Part shown: positions 10,493 to 20,900 of the stretch, piece after piece
How positions within the stretch are numbered: position 1 is the stretch's first letter
Layout: each line of letters opens with the position of its first letter
Origin: Alphaproteobacteria bacterium
GTDB taxonomy: Bacteria > Pseudomonadota > Alphaproteobacteria > UBA7887
Direction of reading: 5' to 3'
NCBI GenBank assembly: GCA_965216755.1
Contig: CBDCGL010000011.1
Coordinates: 3,904,001-3,968,000, forward strand
Length of the DNA stretch: 64,000 nt
Position numbers and translations under genes: made by a program
Notes under the pieces: model-generated
Seen by the model: only the letters and a program-made list of their open reading frames with translations
Databases searched by the model: none
What the model was told of the DNA's origin: nothing

Positions 10493-10582
10493 TTTCGGTG
10501 ACAGTTTACTAAATACACCACATATTGTGGCGAAAACAGAAGACACGCAAAATATAGTGTATTTAGTAAACTGTCACCGAAA
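10493..10582. repeat. REP/MITE-like palindrome with perfect 26-bp inverted arms
   Basis: TTTCGGTGACAGTTTACTAAATACAC (10493-10518) is the exact reverse complement of 10557-10582. AT-rich; lies between convergent genes. Confidence 0.9.
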
Positions 10583-10596
10583 TCATCGAAATTGGG

Positions 10597-12060
10597 TTAG
10601 GTTTCAATAACGCCATCGGGCCGCGGCGCTTCACGACGGTCCTCAAAGGCCTTGACCCAGGAAATGTGTAGCAGATTGGTCGCGCCCGGCGTGCCGAACG
10701 GCACGCCGGCGGTGATCACGATGCGCTTGCCGGCATCGGCGTAACCGCGGAAATAAGTCGCACGAGCGGCGCGTTCGACCATTTCGTCGAAATTGCTGGC
10801 GTCGTCGCCGCGCACGCACCGGACCCCCCAAGCCAAACTGAGCCGGCGCGCGACACGTGGATCGGGGATCAGGGCGAGCAGGGGCGTTTCCGGTCGCTCA
10901 CGGGCGACCCGCAGCGCGGTCGCGCCTGATTGCGAATAGGTGACAATGGCGGCGGCGCCGATGGTGCGCGCGACCTGGCGCGCCGCGGTACTGATCGCGT
11001 CGGCCTCGGTGCCTGTTGGCGGCGCCGCGCTCGCATCCAGGAACTGGCGGTGTAGAGGGTCGCGTTCGACTCGGCAAATGATCCGCTGCATCATGGCGAC
11101 GGTTTCTTGTGGGTAATCGCCGACCGCCGTTTCCGCCGACAACATCACCGCGTCACCGCCGTCGTAGACCGCCGTGGCGACGTCCGATGCCTCGGCGCGG
11201 GTCGGCTCTGGCGCATGCACCATGGAATCGAGCATTTGCGTGGCAACCACAACGGGTTTGCCGGCCTGGCGGGCCGCGCGCACGATGGCCTTTTGGACGC
11301 TTGGCACGTCTTCCGGGGCCATTTCGACACCCAAATCGCCACGCGCCACCATGATGCCGTCGGCCTGTTCGAGGATCTCCGCAAAACGGTCGACCGCCGC
11401 CGGCTTTTCAATCTTGGCCATGATCGCGGCGCGTCCGCCCGCCAGGCGGCGGGCTTCGGCAATGTCCTCTGGCCGTTGGACGAAGCTGAGCGCCAGCCAG
11501 TCGACACCCAAATTCACGGCGAACTCCAAATCGCGCCGATCCTTGTTGGTCAACGCGTTCAGCGGCAACACCGCGCCCGGCACGTTCAAGCCTTTGTGAT
11601 CCGAGAGTGTGCCACCAATGGCAACGGTGGTTTCGGCAAATTCGGGCCCGCAGCGATCGATCGCAAGACGGATGCGTCCATCATCGAGCAACAAGTTGAG
11701 ACCCGGCTTCAGCGCGGCAAAAACTTCGCGATGGGGCAACTGCACACGTGCCGGCGAACCGAGCGCGTCGTCCAAATCAAGGCGAAAGCGCGCTCCTGGT
11801 TCAAGTGATACGCTGCCACCCTCGAAACTGCCGACCCGCAATTTCGGGCCTTGCAAGTCGGCGACGATGCCGATGGGGTGGGCCGCCTTGTCCTCAACGG
11901 CGCGGATCATGGCATGTTGGCGCGCGTGAAACGCATGATCGCCATGGCTGAAATTCAGCCGAAACGCGCTCGCCCCGGCCGCATGCAACGCCCCGATCAT
12001 CTCTGGCGTCGCGCTGCTGGGGCCTAGCGTCGCCAGGATTTTGACATTGGCTTCTTGCAC
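10597..12060 (-). CDS. pyk: Pyruvate kinase
   Basis: KILATLGP, FRLNFSHG, DLQGPK, AKIEKP, MVARGDLGVE, ATQMLDSM, MLSAETA. Confidence 0.97.
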   Translation of the reverse strand: MQEANVKILATLGPSSATPEMIGALHAAGASAFRLNFSHGDHAFHARQHAMIRAVEDKAAHPIGIVADLQGPKLRVGSFEGGSVSLEPGARFRLDLDDALGSPARVQLPHREVFAALKPGLNLLLDDGRIRLAIDRCGPEFAETTVAIGGTLSDHKGLNVPGAVLPLNALTNKDRRDLEFAVNLGVDWLALSFVQRPEDIAEARRLAGGRAAIMAKIEKPAAVDRFAEILEQADGIMVARGDLGVEMAPEDVPSVQKAIVRAARQAGKPVVVATQMLDSMVHAPEPTRAEASDVATAVYDGGDAVMLSAETAVGDYPQETVAMMQRIICRVERDPLHRQFLDASAAPPTGTEADAISTAARQVARTIGAAAIVTYSQSGATALRVARERPETPLLALIPDPRVARRLSLAWGVRCVRGDDASNFDEMVERAARATYFRGYADAGKRIVITAGVPFGTPGATNLLHISWVKAFEDRREAPRPDGVIET

Positions 12061-12068
12061 GGCATGCC

Positions 12069-13361
12069 CTAAACGTGAGCTTCGCCAATCAATATAGTGC
12101 GAAAATCATTGACATTGGTAAGCGTTGGCCCGGTCATGACCAAGTCGTCGAGGGTCCGGAACAGGGTATAGGCGTCGTTGTCGGCGAGCATGGCACGGGC
12201 ATCGCGACCGGCGGCCGCGGCGCGGGCCAGCGTATCCGGCGTGACCACGGCGCCGGCATTATCCTCGGTACCGTCGATGCCGTCGGTATCGCAGGCAATG
12301 GCGGACACGTTTGCCAAGCCGTCGAGCGCCACCGCCAGCGCCAACAGAAACTCCGCATTGCGGCCGCCGCGACCCTTGCCGCGCACCGACACGGTGGTCT
12401 CGCCGCCGGTGATCAGGGCGCATGGTGCCGGGATCGGTTGGTCGTGACGAACCACCTGTTGGGCGATGCCGGCGTGGACCAGGGCGACGTCGCGCGCCTC
12501 GCCTTCGATCGAATCGCCCAGTATCAACGGTGCGTAACCTGCTTTCGTGGCCACCGCCGCCGCCGCCTCAAGCGAAGTTTGTGGCGTCGCGATCATCTCG
12601 ATGCGCGATCGGGTCAAACGCGCGTCGCCCGGTTTCGGCGTCTCGTCCGCGGCCGCGCGTAGGTGTGCCGCGACGGGCGCGGGCGGGGTCAACGCGTATT
12701 TCTCCAAGACAGCGACGGCATCGGCGAAGCTGGTCGGATCCGGCACCGTCGGGCCCGATGCAATCACCGCCGGGTCGTCGCCCGGGACGTCTGAAATCAG
12801 CAGACTGACCACGGGCGCGGGCGCCGCGGCGGCGGCCAGTCGACCGCCTTTGATCGCCGACAAATGTTTGCGGACGCAATTAATTTCAGAGATGGTTGCG
12901 CCGCAGCGCAATAATGCGCCGGTCACGGCACGCTTGTCGTCCAAAGTCAAGCCGGGCGCCGGCAGCGACAAAAGGGCGGAGCCGCCACCCGAAATCAGGC
13001 ACAAGACCAAGTCGTCCGCGGTGAGATCGGAAACCATCGCCAAAATGTCCGCGGCGGCCCGGTTGCCGGCGGCATCCGGCACCGGATGGGCGGCTTCGAC
13101 CACGCGGATATGTTCGGTCGGCGCCGCATGGTCGTAGCGGGTGATGACCAAACCGTGCAACAGGGCCGGGTCGTGATCCGCGTCGCGCCACGCGTGCTCA
13201 ACCGCCTGGGCCATGGCGCCCCCGGCCTTGCCCGCCCCGACCACCACCACGCGGCCCTTGGGCGCGCGTGGCAGAAACGGTGCCAGACATTTGGCCGGCA
13301 TGGCGGCGTCGACCGCTGCTTGGAACATGCTGCGCAGCAATGTATCGGATAATGAAATCAT
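12069..13361 (-). CDS. Glycerate kinase type 2 (MOFRL/TtuD family)
   Basis: GAGKAG, LISGGGSALL, GGETTV, GRGGRN, DTDGIDG, TNVNDF. Confidence 0.93.
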   Translation of the reverse strand: MISLSDTLLRSMFQAAVDAAMPAKCLAPFLPRAPKGRVVVVGAGKAGGAMAQAVEHAWRDADHDPALLHGLVITRYDHAAPTEHIRVVEAAHPVPDAAGNRAAADILAMVSDLTADDLVLCLISGGGSALLSLPAPGLTLDDKRAVTGALLRCGATISEINCVRKHLSAIKGGRLAAAAAPAPVVSLLISDVPGDDPAVIASGPTVPDPTSFADAVAVLEKYALTPPAPVAAHLRAAADETPKPGDARLTRSRIEMIATPQTSLEAAAAVATKAGYAPLILGDSIEGEARDVALVHAGIAQQVVRHDQPIPAPCALITGGETTVSVRGKGRGGRNAEFLLALAVALDGLANVSAIACDTDGIDGTEDNAGAVVTPDTLARAAAAGRDARAMLADNDAYTLFRTLDDLVMTGPTLTNVNDFRTILIGEAHV

Positions 13362-13395
13362 GACCGCACGTTAGACATTTTGGCGCCGCTTTGCA

Positions 13396-14346
13396 TCATT
13401 GTGCCGCGCGGTTGCCGCGATAGGCGATAAACACGGCGGCCAGTACCAGCACGGCGCCGACCGCTTGCAAGGGCGCTAGCGCCTCGGCCAGGATGATCCA
13501 GGCGATCGCCGCTGCAAACAGTGGCTCGGACAACAGCCCAAGCGCCGATAGAGACGCCGGCAGACGGTCAAGGGCATGGGCAACCAGGCCTTGCCCCAGG
13601 GCATGGCTGATCAAGGCCAAAGCGAACAGCGTCAACCAACCGGTCGCCGACACGCCGAGCAAAGGCTCGCCTGCGATCAGGCTGATGGGGGCCAAGGTGG
13701 CGGCGGTCACCAAACTCGTCCAGGCCATGATTTCGACCGCGGTGAACCGTGTTCGCAAGCGCTTGATGGTCACCAAATAGGCGGAAAAGAACAGCGCTGT
13801 GACGACACCGAAAATGTCGCCCCACACCCGAGCTCCGCTGAAGCCCAAACTGTCTGCGACCAACAACGCGCCGCCGCCGATTCCCATCGTCAGCGCCAAG
13901 ACAAAGGTCGGCGTCGGTCGTTCGCCGAGCCAAAGCCAGGCGCCTGCGGTAACAAAGAGTGGTGTCGACGTGGCGAACAGGGTCGCGTTGGCGACACTGG
14001 TCAGAGCAATCGACCAATGCCAGAACGCCAAGTCGCCGGCGAAAAACAGCCCGGCCAGAAACAGCAAGCCGTAGCCACGCGCGGATTGCCGGGATCGCTG
14101 GCGCGGCGCGGCGCGTAGGCCAAGCCAAAGAAATAGAATCGGCACCGCCAGACCGGCCCGATGCACACCGGTCGCGAGCGGTCCGAGCTCACTCAAGCGC
14201 ACGAGAGTGGGCGAAAAACCAATGGCAAACGCGCCCAGGAACAGCCATATGAGCGCATACCGCATAGGCGCACTGTGCGTGCTGGCGATGTTCGAGGCGG
14301 CGCGTGGTTCGGTGTGCACGGTCTGTGTGCTTTGCGAAGTGGGCAA
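13396..14346 (-). CDS. DMT/EamA family transporter
   Basis: About 10 hydrophobic segments with duplicated EamA pattern. Start may be at 14265. Confidence 0.9.
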   Translation of the reverse strand: MPTSQSTQTVHTEPRAASNIASTHSAPMRYALIWLFLGAFAIGFSPTLVRLSELGPLATGVHRAGLAVPILFLWLGLRAAPRQRSRQSARGYGLLFLAGLFFAGDLAFWHWSIALTSVANATLFATSTPLFVTAGAWLWLGERPTPTFVLALTMGIGGGALLVADSLGFSGARVWGDIFGVVTALFFSAYLVTIKRLRTRFTAVEIMAWTSLVTAATLAPISLIAGEPLLGVSATGWLTLFALALISHALGQGLVAHALDRLPASLSALGLLSEPLFAAAIAWIILAEALAPLQAVGAVLVLAAVFIAYRGNRAAQ

Positions 14347-14495
14347 ATGGGTGGCGCGGCGGCCGCCGCGCCATAAGTCTGATTTATAGGTTCATGTTAC
14401 GGAGGTCGAAAGGATATTGCGCCCGTTTCCCGCTGGATCACTGGGCCGATCATCGTTTCCCCGGGGCGCGAAATGGTCATGTATAGTCCGCCGCC

Positions 14496-15272
14496 ATGAC
14501 AAATACCGATGCGCATGCGTTTGATGTCTTCAACGACGACGGCACCACCGACGCGTTGCTGATTTGTGATCACGCCAGCAACGCAATGCCGGCGGAGATG
14601 AATCGATTGGGATTGGCGCCATGGGCCCTGAGCCGTCATATCGCTTGGGATATCGGTGCGGCATTGGTGACCCGCGCATTGGCCGACAGGCTCGATGCGT
14701 GCGCGGTATTGTCTGGCTTTTCACGCTTGATCGTTGATCCCAATCGGCCGCTCGACCATGAGCATTCCATGCGCACGGTCAGCGACGAGATTACCGTGCC
14801 CGGCAACCAATCGATTGGGCGCGCCGACGCGGCGCAGCGCGCCAAGACCTTTTTCGTGCCCTATCACCGTGAAATCGAACGACGCATCGCCGCGTTGCGG
14901 GCGCGCACCGTCCCGGTGCTCATTTCAATCCACAGTTTCACGCCGATCATGAACGGCCGGGCGCGACCGTGGCACGCGGCGATCCTCCATGGTGACGACG
15001 ATCGCTTGGTTGGTCCGGTGTTGACCGCATTTGCGGACCGCCATCCGGCTCTAGTGGTCGGCGACAATGAGCCCTACACGGGCTATAGCCACGAATCCTA
15101 TTCGGTCTTGTATCACGCGGAGCGCAACGGACTGCCCAATATTACTTTTGAGATTCGACAAGATCTGATCGACAGCCCGCGCGGTGCCGCGCTGTGGGCG
15201 GAGCTCTTGGCGACCGTCTTGGCCGCGCCTTTGGCAGACCCGGCCGTGCGTCAGCTGTTGGGCGAAGGATAG
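14496..15272 (+). CDS. N-formylglutamate amidohydrolase family protein (second subtype)
   Basis: CDHASN, HIAWDIG, SRLIVDPNR, SIHSFTP, GDNEPY, EIRQDLI. Confidence 0.9.
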   Translation: MTNTDAHAFDVFNDDGTTDALLICDHASNAMPAEMNRLGLAPWALSRHIAWDIGAALVTRALADRLDACAVLSGFSRLIVDPNRPLDHEHSMRTVSDEITVPGNQSIGRADAAQRAKTFFVPYHREIERRIAALRARTVPVLISIHSFTPIMNGRARPWHAAILHGDDDRLVGPVLTAFADRHPALVVGDNEPYTGYSHESYSVLYHAERNGLPNITFEIRQDLIDSPRGAALWAELLATVLAAPLADPAVRQLLGEG

Positions 15273-16430
15273 GTGATGGTCCATAGCACACCACCGCTGA
15301 CGCTGGGCGTTGAAGAGGAATATTTGCTCGTCGACAGGAATACACGTGACCTGATTTCCGAGGCACCGGCCGAACTGATCAGCCAATGCGAACAGGCGTT
15401 GAGCAAGCAAGTCACGCCCGAATTTCTGCAATCGCAAATCGAAGTTGGCACGGTTGTTTGCGAGACCATCGCCGAAGTGCGCGTCGAACTGTGCCGCTTG
15501 CGGCGGACCGTGGCGGCCGTGGCCGGCGAGCATGGCCTGGGCCTGATCGCCGCATCGACCCATCCGTTCTCCAGTTGGCACGGCCAGCGCCATACGCCGA
15601 AAGCGCGCTACGACGAAATCGAGATCGAATATCAAGCGGCGGCCCGGCGGCTGCTGGTGTGCGGCATGCACGTGCATATCGGCATCGACGATGACGGCCT
15701 GCGCATTGATTTGATGAATCAGTTCGCCTATTTCTTGCCGCATCTGCTGGCGCTTAGTACCTCTTCGCCTTTCTGGGAGGGCGAGCACACGGGGCTCAAG
15801 TCTTATCGGCTGACGGTGTTCGATGGCCTGCCACGCACCGGCTTGCCGCCGCGGCTGGCCAGTTGGCATGAGTATCACGATCTGGTGACCCAGCTGGTTG
15901 GCACTGGTGCCCTGCAAGACGCCACCAAATTGTGGTGGGATATGCGCCCTAGCGCGCGATTTCCGACCTTGGAAATGCGCGTCACCGATATCTGCACCCG
16001 CTTGGAGGACGCGGTGACGATCGCGGCCCTTACCCAGTCGATATTTGCCATGTTGTGCCGCCTGCGTCGCGAGAATCGCCAGGCGCGCATCTACGCGACG
16101 CCTCTGATCGCGGAAAACCGGTGGCGGGCGATGCGCTACGGCTTGGACGAGGGCTTCATCGATTTTGGCGAATCCGTGCTCAAGCCGATGGCGGTGTTGG
16201 CCGAGGAGCTGGTCGATTTGCTGCGCGACGATGCGCGCGCGCTCGGTTGTTTGACAGAAGTGGAACGGGTGCGCGACATCGTCCGCCATGGCACCTCGGC
16301 GCACCGCCAGGTGGCCTGCTGGCAGGCGGCGTGCGATGCTGGTGCCGACCCGCAAGAGGCGCTGCGCGCTGTGGTTGATATGCTGATCGAGGAAACCTTG
16401 GCTGACACGAGCCCGGCGTGCGATGTTTGA
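15273..16430 (+). CDS. Carboxylate-amine ligase (YbdK/GCS2 family)
   Basis: TLGVEEEYLLVD, GMHVHIG, SSPFW, WWDMRPS, ENRWRAMRYG. Confidence 0.93.
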   Translation: MMVHSTPPLTLGVEEEYLLVDRNTRDLISEAPAELISQCEQALSKQVTPEFLQSQIEVGTVVCETIAEVRVELCRLRRTVAAVAGEHGLGLIAASTHPFSSWHGQRHTPKARYDEIEIEYQAAARRLLVCGMHVHIGIDDDGLRIDLMNQFAYFLPHLLALSTSSPFWEGEHTGLKSYRLTVFDGLPRTGLPPRLASWHEYHDLVTQLVGTGALQDATKLWWDMRPSARFPTLEMRVTDICTRLEDAVTIAALTQSIFAMLCRLRRENRQARIYATPLIAENRWRAMRYGLDEGFIDFGESVLKPMAVLAEELVDLLRDDARALGCLTEVERVRDIVRHGTSAHRQVACWQAACDAGADPQEALRAVVDMLIEETLADTSPACDV

Positions 16431-16480
16431 TAAAATGTGTCGGCGCGCCGCGCCGACCGATGGCGATGAGAGGACGAACC

Positions 16481-16777
16481 ATGGATGATGCCAAACGGAC
16501 CGAGCTGGAGGCGGCCGCGTTTCGCCAGCTGGTGGAGCATTTCAGGGACAATCCCCAGGTGCAAAATATCGATCTGATGGATCTTGCCGGCTTCTGCCGC
16601 AATTGCTTGTCGAAATGGTACCGCGCCGCAGCTGAGGAACGGGGCGAAACCATGAGTTACGAGGAAGCGCGCGAGGTCATTTACGGCATGCCGTATACGC
16701 AATGGAAAGCGCAACACCAGACCACGCAGCCCCAGGACCGCCTGGATAAATTCGCCGCCGAGCATCCGCACGAATAG
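16481..16777 (+). CDS. DUF1244 family protein
   Basis: ELEAAAFRQLV..VQNIDLMDLAGFCRNCLSKWY..IYGMPY; SD GAGGA upstream. Confidence 0.9.
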   Translation: MDDAKRTELEAAAFRQLVEHFRDNPQVQNIDLMDLAGFCRNCLSKWYRAAAEERGETMSYEEAREVIYGMPYTQWKAQHQTTQPQDRLDKFAAEHPHE

Positions 16778-16886
16778 CCGCCCCGGCGGGCCGCGGAACC
16801 CCACGCAAGGAACGCCGCGCCACGCTTGCACGGCGGGTGGCGCTTGCGCTACCTATAGCTACCCGCGCGCCGTGGGGGTGTGTCGA

Positions 16887-16960
16887 TGGGGCGTAGCCAA
16901 GCGGTAAGGCAACGGGTTTTGATCCCGTGATCCCTGGTTCGAATCCAGGCGCCCCAGCCA
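16887..16960 (+). tRNA. tRNA-Gln(TTG)
   Basis: TGGGGCG/CGCCCCA acceptor stem, ACGGG-TTTTGAT-CCCGT anticodon arm, GGTTCGAATCC, encoded CCA. Confidence 0.97.
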
Positions 16961-17158
16961 GATATCGGTTTTGCTGTCATCCGCGTGTTTTTTGGGCTCA
17001 TTCTGAGCGGCCGAGAGCGCTGTCTTGGCCAACAATTCAAAAGGTTGGTGGAAGGCGACAGCCACCTCGCCATCTTCCCAAGAACAGTTCGATAGCAAGA
17101 AATTCAGAAGGCGCCGTTTTTTACGGACGCCCTGCTGTTCGAATAGTGATTGGGCGTT
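16961..17158 (-). pseudogene. C-terminal remnant of a large serine recombinase
   Basis: Minus frame reads *NAQSLFEQQGVRKKRRLLNFLLSNCSWEDGEVAVAFHQPFELLAKTA, resembling C-termini of tRNA-adjacent recombinase-family proteins. In-frame stop upstream; the frame runs into the tRNA. Confidence 0.65.
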
Positions 17159-17951
17159 CTACGCGTCCGAAAATCTCGATGCTTTCATCGCTTTCAGCTC
17201 CCCCAGCCCGAGAATACTGTCACCGAAAACTCTAACCAAATTCGATCCAGTTTTGGGGAGCAGCCCACATCAACCAAGGTCTCTGCTTCTGATTGAAGGT
17301 AACAAGGGACTCACGTCACACTTCACTGACACAGTTCTGATCCTATCTTCAGCGAAACAATACTTCTCTGTGACCCGACGTGTGACCTTATCAACTAAGT
17401 GCTTGGACGCCGTGTTCGGCGGCCCCGATCTCTAACGCATCCTTGCTCTCTAGGGGCCACGATGAAGCGGAAATCCTCCGTCGCCAAACGAACAGAATCT
17501 ATCTCATTGGCGCCGAGGTGCCCTCGCAACGCTTCATCTAGTGGGCTCTTCCTCAAGGCGATACGAATCACAGCCGTTATCCAAACGCATGTTAAGAGCG
17601 AGTTGTCAATGTCATGGGTAAAGGCAGGTCTGCTTGTTTCATGCGATTTCTTAACGGTATTCTATGATGTCATCAAGTTACGATGGCACTTTAGATTTGT
17701 TCTAAATAAATAACTTGGTTTCTTATTTATGCTATTTTCCAGGTAGCGTTGCGGATCGTTGTTCTCGAAGTTGATCTTATTGGGAACTGTTGTTGATACT
17801 GTAAAGAATATGAACATAACACTGTGCGCGCCCGAGCCAACTAAGGCTTTTTCGACGTTGGTTGCTCGTGGCGCGACACACAAATGCGATCGTTCACGGT
17901 GGGCCGAAGCGAAGCAGAGAAGTCGAGAGCCTGATAGGGACAAAGTGCTTC

Positions 17952-20900
17952 ATGGCCACTGATTACCGGAACTATGCGCTATCCCCTATCCAGCAAGACA
18001 TCCTTGCGCGTGACGGTCACGGCGGCACTGATCGATCGATCGAGCAGTTCGTTTGCATCTTGCGCGAAGCCATTGAGATCTCGGTGTTCGAAAAGGCTTG
18101 GTCCTTGGTCGCCGCGACTCACCGCAGCCTCCGAGCCTACATATCCGAGAATGGCGTCGACGCGCCGAGTCTCCGTGTCGCCGAATCCGTTGCGACCGCT
18201 TTTGTGCACGATGATTGGGGCGCGCATTCAAAGCGGGAACGTTCGCACAAGCTTAAGACGTATTTACGGGCTGACCGGAAAAAAGGGTTCGACTTAACCA
18301 GCGGACCGCTCTATCGGGTCGCGCTGATCCGTCAGGCCACCAAACAATTCGTTTGCATTTGGACCTATCACAATATTCTTTTGGATAGTCGCTCCGCCAC
18401 ACTTGTCCTAAAAGATGTCTTTGCGACCTACGAAGCGTTGCGGCGTAACCAAGAGCCGATCGTCGAACAACGCGAGGCTATGGAACAATACGCCACCTGG
18501 CAGCGGCGACAGGACACAGCCAAAGCGAAGAGTTTTTGGTGCAATCGCCTAGAAGCCCTCGCCCCGTCGAGCGGTTTCATGGTTGATCGCCCAGCGAATC
18601 CCGCAGGAGGGGATGGCGGACAGCACGGCAGCAAAGAGTGTTGGGTCGACCAGGAAACGACCGCGAAGTTGCTAAGCCTGGCGCAACGCGAGGACATCGA
18701 ATTACGCACGATTGTTGAAGGTTGCTGGGCGATTTTCTTGGGTCGCTACGCGGGTGAGGAAGATATCGTTTTTGGTGTCACCCGAACGATAGGCCCCGCT
18801 GCTGTCGTTACGTCCAACCCAGCTATCGGCACCTTCACGAATACGCTGCCGCTTCGCGTTCGCTTTGTACCCGGCGCGTCACTTGTTCCATGTCTGAAGA
18901 AGCTGCACGCGGACAGTTTGGCGATTGTCGAACATGGCCATGTTTCGTTGGCGATGCTTCGCGAGATAAATAACATCGAGGCAGATGTGCCGTTGTTCAA
19001 AAGTGTGGTTGCGGTTGAGGATCGCACCCCCAACGCGGCACTGCGGAATGCCGGCAGCCCAGGTGAACAGCGTTCGTTTCATCTCTTGAGACAGAGTGGC
19101 TACCCAATAACGATTACGGCCTACCAAGGCGCGCAACTCCTGTTGCATGTCGCCTACGATCGAGCCAGACTCGATGACGCCACGGCAGAACGGATTCTGG
19201 AGCATCTAACGACCCTGCTAAAGGGTATCGCGGCAGATCCGGATCAACCGTTGACGCATTTGCCGCTCTTGTCCGATTCCGAACGACACCAGCTTGTCGT
19301 AGGCTGGAATGCGACCGCGGTGGCATATGATCGAAACAGATGCATCCACAGCGTCTTTGAAGATCAAGTCGCAAAAACACCCGATGCCGTCGCGCTCATC
19401 TGCGGACAAGAGCGTTTGACATATCGGCAACTTAACCGACGGTCTAATCAATTAGCTCGCTATTTAATGGCATTGGGAGTCGGGCCCGATGTTGCGGTGG
19501 GCGTGTATCTTGAACGCGACGCTGATTTGGTGGTGGGCTTGCTTGGCGTGTTAAAGGCGGGCGGCGCGTATGTGCCGTTGGATCCAGCCTTTCCGTCGCA
19601 TCGAATCGCGTTTGTACTCAATGACGCAAGCGTACCTGTGGTGTTGACGACCGCCGCGCTCGCCAAGGACGTGTCCGCCGATGGCGTGCGTCATGTGTTG
19701 TTGGACAAGGCTGGCGACGTAGTTGCGGAACAGGGCTCCGAGAACGTGGATAGCGGCGCGGGTCCGAATAACCTTAGCTACCTTATTTATACCTCTGGCT
19801 CCACGGGCAAACCCAAGGGCGTCATGGTCCGGCATCGCAATGTGATGAACTTCTTCGTGGGCATGGACCAGACCGTCGGTGCGGAGCCACCGGGTGTGTG
19901 GTTGGCCGTGACCAGCCATGCCTTTGACATTTCCGTCCTGGAGCTGTTCTGGACTCTGGGGCGTGGTTTCTCGGTCGTGCTTCATGGTGAAGATAGGGCG
20001 TGTGCGTTCGCGGATCCGATCAAACGCCATCAGGTCACGCATATGCAGTGTACGCCGTCGATGGCCAGCATCATGATCCAAGATCACAAGGTGCGCGCAG
20101 CGATGGCCAGGCTTAGAACGTTCGTCGTCGGTGGCGAGGCACTCCCGCCGGCGCTTGCGGATCAGGTCAAGCAAAGCGTTCAGGGCCGTGTCATCAATAT
20201 GTACGGTCCGACCGAGACGACGGTCTGGTCGACGTCCCATGAACTGGACGCGCAAGAGCGCGATGTGCCGATCGGGCGGCCGCTCGCCAACCAGCAAGTT
20301 TACATCTTGGACCACAACCTGCACCTGGTCCCGATCGGTGTGGCCGGTGAATTGGTCATCGGTGGCGATGGTGTCACCGCCGGATATCTGGGGCGGCACG
20401 ACCTAACCGCCGAAAAGTTTGTCGCGAATCCGTTCTCCGATGATCCGGAGAGTCGTCTCTATCGAACCGGCGATCGCGCCCGCTACGGTCCGGACGGGAC
20501 GATCGCATTCCTGGGTCGGTTCGATCATCAAGTGAAGATTCGCGGCTATCGCATAGAACTTGGTGAAATCGAAGCAGCGCTTGGCGCGCACCCGAACGTC
20601 AAAGAAGCCGTTGTCATGGCCCGTGACCAGGGCTCAGATGACGTGCGCTTGGTTGCCTATCTCGTCTTGAAGCGGAACACGGCGCGTATTTCGGATGAAT
20701 TGCGCCAGTTCCTGGAACGAGACTTGCCAAACTATATGATCCCGACAGATTTCGTCCAACTCGACGCGTTCCCGCTCACGCCCAACGGTAAGATCGATCG
20801 CAAGGCATTTCCAGCGCCGGTCGAGGTTTCGGCGGACAAGGGCATCGCAATCGAACCGCCAAAGGCTGATGCCGAGCGCATCTTGATCGGGATTTGGCAG

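Noticed and set aside
5901-13361. glcDEF near pyk/glycerate kinase as a single novel pathway
   Set aside because: Convergent, separately common operons, with no linking enzyme such as glyoxylate carboligase in the window.
16859-16960. C-terminal WLGRLDSNQG.. peptide of ORF 16859-17098
   Set aside because: It is the antisense translation of tRNA-Gln, not independent coding evidence.
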